Source: Candidatus Obscuribacteraceae bacterium
GTDB taxonomy: Bacteria; Cyanobacteriota; Vampirovibrionia; Obscuribacterales; Obscuribacteraceae
Assembly: GCA_044229845.1 (NCBI GenBank)
Contig: JBGASG010000005.1
Span: 256,001 to 320,000 of the forward strand
Length of the DNA stretch: 64,000 nt
Reading direction: 5' to 3'
Positions within the stretch are counted from its first letter, which is position 1. The number at the start of each line of letters is the position of its first letter. Positions 56,202-64,000 of this stretch are shown here, piece by piece. The position numbers and the translations under genes were made by a program. The notes under the pieces were generated by a model that did no database searches, had not been told where the DNA came from, and saw only the letters and a program-made list of their open reading frames with translations.

Positions 56202-58055
56202 ATGCCGCACCGAATGTGGTGCAGACAGGTATTGGTCAGTTTCTTGGCTGCCTGTGCTCTTCTCCTGAACTCTGTTCCGCCAATCTTCGCTCTGGAGACT
56301 GCCATGGCGGGACAATTCCCCGTACCTGATAAATACAAGGTGACGGCGAGCTTCGACAAGGAGAAGTATTTCCTCGGAGAGAACGTGCTGCTGCACTTCT
56401 GTGTCGAGAATACCGGCGCGCAACCGTTTTCTGTCGATGCCGGGGGCGACTATCGGGGAGCCGCGCGTCACCTGCGATTTAAGGTGACAGCAGTGGACGC
56501 GAGCGGAAAGGCTGCGCGCGATCCGCATCCCGCCAGCTATTGCATGGGCGGACTCAGTTCGTCACCGTCACTGAAGCCGGGCGAGAAGTTTTATGCCTCG
56601 TTACCCTTGATGCGTTACTGCGCCATAGATGCGCCCGGCACATACACTGTCACCGTCAGTCACGACCTGGGTTGGAAGCTTGCTGGGAAGAAACCTCCGA
56701 TAGCCTCCACCACAATCACGTTTGTGGCGCCCTCACCCGCCGAAGCACAGGCAGTCGTCGACAGGACGGCGAAACTTCCCGCCGATGGAAACAGCGTGTT
56801 CGGCAAGCGGACGGACGATTACGAGGACTTCAGCACACTGGCTTATCCAGTGTACTTTCCTATCTTGATGAAGCGATTGAAGACGACTGCCACAACCACT
56901 GCCGAGGACGAAGCCAATAAGCACACTCTGGAAGGCATCGGCGCCATCGCTACTTCGGAAGCCACGCATGCGTTGCTAGACCTTGCCGGCGGCAGCAACC
57001 CGAAACTGGCGTTGGAGGCTGCCGGTTATCTCAACCTGCGCCTGCCTGACCCGCAATTGACAGGAAAACTCGGCCCGCGCAACGTTTTCGAAGACCCGCA
57101 GAAAAGTGAGCGCCAATGGCTGGTCAAACATGCCTGGCGACCGGAGTTTGTGCCCGCGGTGCGCAAATTGGCGCGTGCCTATTTAAAGAGCAGCGACAAG
57201 CAACACATAGTAATGGGAGCATTTATGCTTGAGTGCGTCGGCACCGCCGATGACATCACGCCACTGACGGCGGCGCTCGATAAGGCTATCGAACAAACTA
57301 AGGGAATGAAACTGGAAGAGGGCATCTATCCCCGTCCTCGAGGTGCGGTCGCTGAACTGATGCGGGCAGCGGAGGTTCTGTCTAAACAACAGCACGCTCC
57401 GCCGACGACCAACCCGAAAACACCGGGCGAAGCGGTTCTGTTTCTCACCGCCATCGGTGCTGATAGAAAGTTTCGTCCATCGGGCTGGCAATCGGTCTAT
57501 GCGCGGTTGCTAAAGCACGAGTTGCCTTATGTTCGTGAGGTGGCACTGAACAACTTACCTTCGCCTACACCTGCGGAATTCAGAAAGCAGGTTGCGGACT
57601 TGCTGCTTGATCCCGAAGTCGACACACAGATTGCGGCGTGCCATGTCGCAGAGAAGGAGGTCGACTCCACGTTCAAGGGACCACTTTTGAAAGCGCTGCA
57701 GCAGGGCAAGGAAGAATGGCTTCTCCGTACGGCGCTCAACGCGGCGGCCAAGCAAGCTGTTTACAGTCAAGCCCTGATAATCCTTGCCGAGCGACTTGAT
57801 GAGCCGGGCATGACGCAGCACAGTTTTGACTTACTACTCGGTATCTTTACCGGCGCGCAGGGTTGGGGTAGCAACAAAGTTCCGGATGCTGCGGACGGTG
57901 CCAGGATGAAACCACTTTGGCTGGCGTTCTTGAAACAACACGCGAAGCAGATAGATGCGGGACAGCAGATCAAAATCGGTGATCCTGCATTGAGCAAAGA
58001 GATGTTTCCTGCAACCTTCCAATTCAATCTATCGGGCGGCAAGAAATGGCCATGA
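56202..58055 (+). CDS. Secreted protein with an Ig-like N-terminal domain and HEAT-like repeats
   Basis: Signal peptide; beta-rich N-terminal domain (LKPGE, APGTYTVTV); helical repeats (LLKHELPYVREVAL, LLLDPEVDTQIAAC). Confidence 0.75.
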   Translation: MPHRMWCRQVLVSFLAACALLLNSVPPIFALETAMAGQFPVPDKYKVTASFDKEKYFLGENVLLHFCVENTGAQPFSVDAGGDYRGAARHLRFKVTAVDASGKAARDPHPASYCMGGLSSSPSLKPGEKFYASLPLMRYCAIDAPGTYTVTVSHDLGWKLAGKKPPIASTTITFVAPSPAEAQAVVDRTAKLPADGNSVFGKRTDDYEDFSTLAYPVYFPILMKRLKTTATTTAEDEANKHTLEGIGAIATSEATHALLDLAGGSNPKLALEAAGYLNLRLPDPQLTGKLGPRNVFEDPQKSERQWLVKHAWRPEFVPAVRKLARAYLKSSDKQHIVMGAFMLECVGTADDITPLTAALDKAIEQTKGMKLEEGIYPRPRGAVAELMRAAEVLSKQQHAPPTTNPKTPGEAVLFLTAIGADRKFRPSGWQSVYARLLKHELPYVREVALNNLPSPTPAEFRKQVADLLLDPEVDTQIAACHVAEKEVDSTFKGPLLKALQQGKEEWLLRTALNAAAKQAVYSQALIILAERLDEPGMTQHSFDLLLGIFTGAQGWGSNKVPDAADGARMKPLWLAFLKQHAKQIDAGQQIKIGDPALSKEMFPATFQFNLSGGKKWP

Positions 58056-58056
58056 G

Positions 58057-58695
58057 CTACTGCGTTGGCTGCTGACCGGCTGTATTTGTGCTTGCTCGAT
58101 CTGCTGGTGGATGCGCAGCTTGCGGCGTGTCGACGCTGTTAGCCGGTCTTTGCAGAGTTTCCCGATAAAGCTTCCAGTCTCTGTCCAGCGTAATGTCCAG
58201 GTTGAGTTTGGTTTCGGTCCCAGTCTGTAGCGCACGCACGGTGCTGGTGACTGCCTTGGGATCGGCGGTATAGAAAATGAAAGTGCGCACACCTTCGTTG
58301 GTGACTACACCGGCGAACAGCGAGCGCTGCTTGTTTTCCAATTGGGCAGCCAGCAGGTCTTCGACGTTATTTAGATCCTGGAAGATGTGCTGGTCCTGTG
58401 GCATGCCGGTATCGTCTGCCTTATACGGAACGCTAATCGATGCCGCGTACGGGTATTCAGCGGGCGCGACTCGCTTGTCGAGTGCCACCGCCTGCCGGAT
58501 GAAGATCGGCTTACCGTCCACCTGTCCTTCCGCCACTGCCCAGGGCTCGAAGCTTTCCTTTTGCCCGGTAGTCGTGGACTGCGGTGCCGGTACTTGCGTT
58601 TTCTGCGAAGCACAGCCTGATAAAACTAGTGAAACAGCCAGGGACACCAGCAGCGCACGGCTGCCACCGCCGGCGATGTTAGCGGGCGGCCGCAT
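58057..58695 (-). CDS. DUF695-like lipoprotein
   Basis: Lipobox LSGC; GMP....L..VED, GVVTNEGVRTFIFY, D.DWKLY. Confidence 0.75.
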   Translation of the reverse strand: MRPPANIAGGGSRALLVSLAVSLVLSGCASQKTQVPAPQSTTTGQKESFEPWAVAEGQVDGKPIFIRQAVALDKRVAPAEYPYAASISVPYKADDTGMPQDQHIFQDLNNVEDLLAAQLENKQRSLFAGVVTNEGVRTFIFYTADPKAVTSTVRALQTGTETKLNLDITLDRDWKLYRETLQRPANSVDTPQAAHPPADRASTNTAGQQPTQ

Positions 58696-59596
58696 ATTGC
58701 GGTGCCTTGACTTTGCTCTCCAGGGTGCCGATGCCCTCGGCATGCATGGTGATCACGTCGCCGTCTTTCAGCCAGGCATATTTAGCCGGTGTGATCACTT
58801 CACCGGATTGGGGGTCGAGCTTGGCCGTGAACTCGGCGATGCAGCCACTGCCGACGGTGCCGCTACCGATAACGTAGCCGGCGTGCATGGTGATGTTTTG
58901 TTGTCCCAACCAGGCCATGATGCGCGGGAAGTTCCAGGCGCGTTTCTCGCCGGTAGTCGGATGTGTGTGGTAGATGGTGTTGTAATTGGTGCGGTTGCGT
59001 TCTTCGCCGTTGACGGTGAGCACCATCTCCATGTCGAGCACGCCGTTTTCATCCATCTTGAAGTTCTTTACAGGCACCACTTTCGGTCCGAAGGTTTTGC
59101 CCATGATCGATTTGCTGTTGCTCGGTCCCAGACCGGCGATGTCCTTCATCTGGATGTCGCGGGTCGACCAGTCGTTGAGAATCGTCAGGTAGCAATGCTC
59201 CTTGAAGAACTCAAGGGCTTCCTTTTCATTCGTTAACAGCTGTGTCTTGCCGATGATGCAGGCGATTTCAAATTCGTAGTCGGCAGCCTTGGTGCATTCT
59301 GGGATGGTGACATCCTCGCCGGGTCCGAAGACTTTTTCGGGCGGCAGGTCGGCGATGTAATAGGCGGCATGGTCGTACCAGCCCGGCCAGATGCTGGTGC
59401 CGCGTTTGTCGCGAATCTGGATTACATGTTTCTCAAAGCCCAGAAAGTCCATCAGCATGAAGGGTTGCGGAATCTCGGCATCGAGAAACTTGACGGTTTT
59501 GACTTCGCGTTTGATCAACATGGGACTCTGCTCCTGACCTGATAGACCTGATTTATGGGCAGCGCATATCTTACAATCTTCTGCGGATTGGTTCAC
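58679..59596 (-). CDS. Fumarylacetoacetate hydrolase family protein
   Basis: DF..FEKH, DYEFEIACIIG, ILNDWSTRDIQ, SK, IGSGTV; start could be 59521. Confidence 0.9.
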   Translation of the reverse strand: MNQSAEDCKICAAHKSGLSGQEQSPMLIKREVKTVKFLDAEIPQPFMLMDFLGFEKHVIQIRDKRGTSIWPGWYDHAAYYIADLPPEKVFGPGEDVTIPECTKAADYEFEIACIIGKTQLLTNEKEALEFFKEHCYLTILNDWSTRDIQMKDIAGLGPSNSKSIMGKTFGPKVVPVKNFKMDENGVLDMEMVLTVNGEERNRTNYNTIYHTHPTTGEKRAWNFPRIMAWLGQQNITMHAGYVIGSGTVGSGCIAEFTAKLDPQSGEVITPAKYAWLKDGDVITMHAEGIGTLESKVKAPQYAAAR

Positions 59597-59616
59597 CGAG
59601 GGTTTCTAACGAAATC

Positions 59617-59985
59617 ATGAAACACAGTGAGGCTTTCGAGAAGCTTGTAGCCGAAGTCATGCCCAGAATCAAAGAGATAACAATTGAAGACGTCCGCAAA
59701 AAGCAGGGCGCGGGCGAGCAATTTCACTTTATTGACGTGCGGGAAGACAATGAATTTGCGGCTGGGCGCGCCACAGGCGCGATGCATGTAGGTCGCGGTA
59801 TTCTGGAAAGAGACATAGAGAAGCATGTGCCCGACAAGGGCGATGAGATCGTTCTCTATTGCGGTGGCGGCTACCGCAGTGCGCTCGCTGCGGACAACCT
59901 CCAGAAGATGGGTTACACCAACGTACTGTCCATGGCCGGCGGCATCAGAGGCTGGCGCGAACGAGGTCTCCCGGAGGACCACTGA
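59617..59985 (+). CDS. Rhodanese-domain sulfurtransferase
   Basis: IDVRE, YCGGGYRS, MAGGIRGW. Confidence 0.93.
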   Translation: MKHSEAFEKLVAEVMPRIKEITIEDVRKKQGAGEQFHFIDVREDNEFAAGRATGAMHVGRGILERDIEKHVPDKGDEIVLYCGGGYRSALAADNLQKMGYTNVLSMAGGIRGWRERGLPEDH

Positions 59986-59987
59986 TT

Positions 59988-61052
59988 TTGAAGGCTGTCC
60001 TGGTTGTTTTTGTTCTGCTGCTGGCTATAGGTGGCGCCGGCGGCTGGTGGTTCTGGAGTCAAATTACGGAGCCGCACGCACATTTCATGGGCGGCGAGCG
60101 AGTTGAGATTACCGAGGGCTCGACCACCGAGCAGATTGCCGAACAACTGAAAACGGCGGGCATCATTACAGAAACGCTGCCGATGCGGGTTTACATCAAA
60201 CTGACTAATGCTGCGCCACGCATTAAGGCAGGGACGTATGTATTCGAGTCTCCGATCAGCAGTATGGATGTGGTGAAGAAACTGGAACAGGGCGGCATGG
60301 CCGGCTCCGCGAAGTTGACCGTCATCGAAGGCTGGAACCGCTGGGATGTCGCGAATGCGATGGCTGCCGTGCCGCAGTTCAAGATGACGAAGGAGCAGGC
60401 AATGGCTCTGGTCAACGATCCGCGACCGATCAAAGATATGGATCCAGCCGCCAAGACTTTGGAGGGCTACTTGTATCCCGACACTTACTTCATTACGTCG
60501 AAGACGACTCCCAAGGATCTTGTATTGGCGATGGTGAATCGCTTCAAAGAAATCTGGAAGACGCGCTTAGTCGATGCTGCGAAGCGCCGCAAGATGACAG
60601 TGCACAACACAGTCGTGGTGGGGTCTCTGGTAGAAACGGAAGCGAAGATTCCCGGTGACAGGCCGAAAATCGCGTCGGTCATCTATAACCGTCTCAACAA
60701 AAACATGACCTTGAGTCTCGATTCGTGCATCGTGTATGCATCGAAGGAAGCCGGCAAATGGCACTACGACGGCAAGGTGTATCAGAGTGATCTCGATCGC
60801 AAGACGCCATACAACACCCGCATGTACACAGGCTTGCCGCCTGGTCCGGTCGGCTCACCGCGCGTTGAGTGCATGGAGGCGGCGCTGGATCCGTCGAACA
60901 CGACCTATCTCTATTACGTGCGTAACCCGGATAATTATGATGGCGCGCACAACTTCTACTCGACGCCGGAGTCGTTTGAATATGGCGTGCAAGCGTTGCG
61001 CAACTGGGAAGCCAAACAACAAAAACCGCAACCCACCAAGTCGGGCAGCTGA
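59988..61052 (+). CDS. mltG: Endolytic transglycosylase
   Basis: N-terminal TM, LEGYLYPDTY, SLVETE, IASVIYNRL, PYNT..Y.GLPPGP. Confidence 0.93.
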   Translation: MKAVLVVFVLLLAIGGAGGWWFWSQITEPHAHFMGGERVEITEGSTTEQIAEQLKTAGIITETLPMRVYIKLTNAAPRIKAGTYVFESPISSMDVVKKLEQGGMAGSAKLTVIEGWNRWDVANAMAAVPQFKMTKEQAMALVNDPRPIKDMDPAAKTLEGYLYPDTYFITSKTTPKDLVLAMVNRFKEIWKTRLVDAAKRRKMTVHNTVVVGSLVETEAKIPGDRPKIASVIYNRLNKNMTLSLDSCIVYASKEAGKWHYDGKVYQSDLDRKTPYNTRMYTGLPPGPVGSPRVECMEAALDPSNTTYLYYVRNPDNYDGAHNFYSTPESFEYGVQALRNWEAKQQKPQPTKSGS

Positions 61053-61060
61053 AGTCGTGT

Positions 61061-61167
61061 TGCTGGATCCGCACATTTTCGGCACGCGCGTGAGCAGTTT
61101 TCGTGTGTGAGCGCCGATTTTGATGCAAAACTGAGCACCGAACCGCTGAAAATGTGCGGATCCGGCA
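61061..61167. repeat. Long inverted repeat between convergent genes
   Basis: GGATCCGCACATTTTC (61065-80) / GAAAATGTGCGGATCC (61148-63) is a perfect 16-bp IR; inner CAGTTTT...AAAACTG pair. Confidence 0.75.
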
Positions 61168-61196
61168 CACCTGTTCGAAGGGCAAATCGACTTGGG

Positions 61197-62162
61197 TTAA
61201 ACGCGCTTTTCTTCGCCGGGCTTCTGCAGTTTCTTCCCGATCTTGTCCAGCATCTTCACTTGCTGGGTGCTGCGGCCGCCTAGAGCTTGCGCCATCTCTG
61301 ACATCGACTTGTAGCGGTCCTTTGGATCCTTAGCCATCGCCTTCAGCACTACTTGCGCCAGCGAGTTAGGCACCGACCACGCGTCAGACATAGCCGGCGG
61401 CTCTTCGGTGCAGTGTTTGGCGTTGAGTTCGGCGGGGTTATCGCACTTGAACGGAATGCGTCCTGTCAGAGCTTGATAGAGTATGCATCCCAGTGCGTAG
61501 ACGTCCGCACGTCCGTCCACTGGCTTGTGCTGACGCTGCTCGGGGCTCATGTAGAGTGGGTGGCCGATCACCTCACTGGCAGTTTCCAACTTGCTTTGAT
61601 CGTCATCGTCTTCGAGCGGTTTGGTGCGTGCCGAACCGAAATCGATAATCTTAATGGAAGCCATTTCATCCATGTTGTGGATGATGATCTCGTCCGGGTT
61701 GAGTCCGCGATGCACGATGCCCAGTTGGTGGCATTGCTGCAATGCGTTACAGACAAGCTGGAAGACGGCAATCGCAGTTTGTGGCGGCATCGGTCCGCCG
61801 TCATCGAGGAGCTTCGTGAGGCTATGTCCTGGAGCCAGTTCCAGTACTAAATATGGACCGACAGCTTTGCTCAGCGACATTTCACTGAAGCCGATCACGC
61901 CGGGATGACTGATTGCGTCCAGCACCTTAGCTTCTTGATTGAATCGCCGTACCGAAACTGCTGAAGAAACCAGCTGCGGGTTGAGAATCTTCAGGGCTAC
62001 CGACTTGTCGTCGGTTCCGTCTTTTGCTTTATAGACGCGGCTTGTGCTGCCGGTTCCCAGAAGACCAACCAGCGTATATCTGTCATCGATTTTGGTGCCG
62101 ACTAGAGACTCCGGTGCATGTTCGCTGTCGGTCTGCATGGTAGGACTTGCCTCGTTGTACAT
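61197..62162 (-). CDS. Hanks-type Ser/Thr kinase-like protein, probable pseudokinase
   Basis: VALK, DFG, YMSPEQ and DVYALG are intact; the catalytic loop reads HRGLNPDE instead of HRDLKPxN. Confidence 0.88.
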   Translation of the reverse strand: MYNEASPTMQTDSEHAPESLVGTKIDDRYTLVGLLGTGSTSRVYKAKDGTDDKSVALKILNPQLVSSAVSVRRFNQEAKVLDAISHPGVIGFSEMSLSKAVGPYLVLELAPGHSLTKLLDDGGPMPPQTAIAVFQLVCNALQQCHQLGIVHRGLNPDEIIIHNMDEMASIKIIDFGSARTKPLEDDDDQSKLETASEVIGHPLYMSPEQRQHKPVDGRADVYALGCILYQALTGRIPFKCDNPAELNAKHCTEEPPAMSDAWSVPNSLAQVVLKAMAKDPKDRYKSMSEMAQALGGRSTQQVKMLDKIGKKLQKPGEEKRV

Positions 62163-62224
62163 ATACGTAGGGCAGCAATATTAGCAGCCCGCGGCAGTAA
62201 GTGTTCAGGGAGGCGCTTGGCTTC

Positions 62225-63076
62225 CTACTCGGCTTTGAGCAGCCCGTGTTTCTCGCAGAGTTTCTTGTAGGTTTCCAGACCGGCGGCGTGCCGTTCTGTG
62301 TAGTCGAAGTTGAGAAGCCGCTTGTAATAGATAGTCAGTTCGCCGCGGGTCAATCCGCTGCGTTTGGTAGCTTCGTCAATAACTTCGTTGAAGCGATGTC
62401 CCAGTCCAAGGTTTTTGGCACGGGTCAGGGCATCGACCATGCGGTCGAACTCGAATGGACGCTCTTGCTTCCAGTCATTGCGAGCGGCCCAGACGCCGAA
62501 CACCATGGGCAGATGGAACTTCTGCATCCACCACTGACCAAGATCGATCATCAAATAGTTGCCTGCCCATTTCTCGTTGAGTGAAAGAGCTTGATCGCCG
62601 ATCAAAAGCGCACCGGCAACTTCAGGTTTTGTCATGTCTGGTTCGGGCGTCGCGATGATTTTCGGGCGCACACCAAATTGCTCGGCGAGCAGCACTTGCA
62701 GCAAGTTGACCGAGGTGGCTGAACTCGAACTGGTTTGAATAATCTTGCCGTTGAGATTGGCTGGTTCTTCCTTGGCGAAGAACAACACGCTGCCGACAGG
62801 GCCTACACACGATATCGATATGTTAGGCACCAGAGATAGTTCCTTCGCCTTCTGCAGATAGAAGAACGAACTCATGGCGCTGACGTCAAGCTCTCCGCGC
62901 AGCACGCGACGGTTGAGGGCGGCCGGGTCGGCGCTATATGTGGTGGCATTGACCGGGACGTAATGTTTCTCCAGTGGTACCACAATCGGCAGACTGTTGA
63001 TAAACGATATCTGTCCGAGGCGTGTGGTGGCTGGAGACGGGGAGAACAAGATGCCGTTCTGTGTTGTCGTAGTCAT
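62225..63076 (-). CDS. mqnA: Chorismate dehydratase (futalosine menaquinone pathway)
   Basis: RLGQISFINSLP, GPVGSV, SSATSVNL, LLIGDQAL, DLGQWW...LPMVFGVWA. Confidence 0.92.
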   Translation of the reverse strand: MTTTTQNGILFSPSPATTRLGQISFINSLPIVVPLEKHYVPVNATTYSADPAALNRRVLRGELDVSAMSSFFYLQKAKELSLVPNISISCVGPVGSVLFFAKEEPANLNGKIIQTSSSSATSVNLLQVLLAEQFGVRPKIIATPEPDMTKPEVAGALLIGDQALSLNEKWAGNYLMIDLGQWWMQKFHLPMVFGVWAARNDWKQERPFEFDRMVDALTRAKNLGLGHRFNEVIDEATKRSGLTRGELTIYYKRLLNFDYTERHAAGLETYKKLCEKHGLLKAE

Positions 63077-63443
63077 TCTGTCCTATCACCGAACACGGTG
63101 CGGGTGCCAACAGTGTAAGAATACACCAGTGGTTGCGCGGTGATAGTGAAGGCTCTGTAAGCAGAAAGTCGACTTCAGCAAGCCGAACACGACAACGAGC
63201 ACAGCGGGTTTTGCTGTGCGGTCCATGCTGTGCTACTGGCGGTGGCGCAAAAGAAAGGGGAGGAGGCCGGAACAACATTTGGTAAGCTTCACGAGGCCTC
63301 GCTCCCATAACTTATAAATCATGTTTCGCACGTCTTGTCAAGAGGCTGCTGAAAGTCTCTTTTCTGCACTCCTGGCGGTATCGCCGCTAGCAAAGATTCG
63401 CCTAGTCGATATACAATCTGCGGCACTTACGAGGGCCTAAGTC

Positions 63444-64000
63444 GTGCGGATGGTAGATCTGATAGTCGCCAAGCGGAATGGCAAAGAGCATTCACGCGAG
63501 GAGATCGACTTCATCGTCAAAGGTGTCATGGACAAATCGATCGAGGATTACCAGCTGTCTGCCTGGCTGATGGCGGTTTGCTGGCGCGGCATGACCATGG
63601 ACGAGACAGCTCATCTGACCGACGCCATGGCGCGCTCGGGAGAGCTAATTGACCTCTCTTCCATTGGTCCTCTGGTCGGCGACAAGCACAGTACGGGCGG
63701 CGTCGGGGACAAAACGACGCTGGTCTTCGTGCCCATGCTGGCGGCGGCGGGCATTCCGATGGCCAAACTTTCGGGTCGCGGACTGGGACACACAGGCGGC
63801 ACCATCGACAAACTGGAAGCTATCCCGGGATTCAAGACCGAGCTGTCTATAGACCAGTTCGTCAAACAGGTGAAAGACATCGGTCAGGCGATTGGCGGGC
63901 AGACCCAGGACCTGGCGCCGGTGGACGGCAAGATGTACGCGCTTCGCGATGTCACCGGTACCGTCGAATCGATTCCGCTCATCGCGGCTTCTGTCGTCTC
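63444..64000 (+). CDS. pdp: Pyrimidine-nucleoside/thymidine phosphorylase; 3' end lies outside the window
   Basis: Read directly from GTG 63444: [72 protein letters not shown]. Confidence 0.93.
   Translation, partial: MRMVDLIVAKRNGKEHSREEIDFIVKGVMDKSIEDYQLSAWLMAVCWRGMTMDETAHLTDAMARSGELIDLSSIGPLVGDKHSTGGVGDKTTLVFVPMLAAAGIPMAKLSGRGLGHTGGTIDKLEAIPGFKTELSIDQFVKQVKDIGQAIGGQTQDLAPVDGKMYALRDVTGTVESIPLIAASVV

Noticed and set aside
55592..58055. Genomic island integrated at tRNA-Leu
   Set aside because: No integrase, and I found no duplicated tRNA 3' end by eye.
63077..63440. Small ORFs or leader RNA between mqnA and pdp
   Set aside because: No convincing RBS, coding signal or structure.

Overview
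Gene-dense, GC-rich chromosomal window from a Gram-negative bacterium. The cyanobacterial-type mgdA next to fabZ-lpxA, the futalosine-pathway mqnA, caspase-family, TPR and Hanks-kinase genes, and the absence of photosynthesis genes in this window suggest a non-photosynthetic Cyanobacteriota relative (Melainabacteria/Obscuribacterales-like). That placement is inference, not a database result. Housekeeping genes are folE, fabZ, lpxA, mgdA-like GT2, kynA, ltaE, mltG, mqnA, pdp and tRNA-Leu(TAA). Accessory content includes a secreted-protease cluster beside a giant YD-repeat/LysM protein, four tandem secreted glycine-zipper paralogs, a hipBA module with a clear promoter and operators, and several enzymes with substituted catalytic residues. 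The most striking unexplained signal is three intergenic arrays of strictly phased 8-bp palindromic boxes (ideal AGTCGACT) at 32483-32578, 34466-34513 and 41350-41485. They lie upstream of an XRE-PAS-PAS-GAF regulator, a ribbon-helix-helix regulator with an unrecognised C-terminal domain (followed by a desaturase), and a SulP-STAS-beta-carbonic-anhydrase fusion. The layout is like Met boxes and points to a possibly undescribed regulon. No CRISPR array, rRNA, integrase or transposase was seen.
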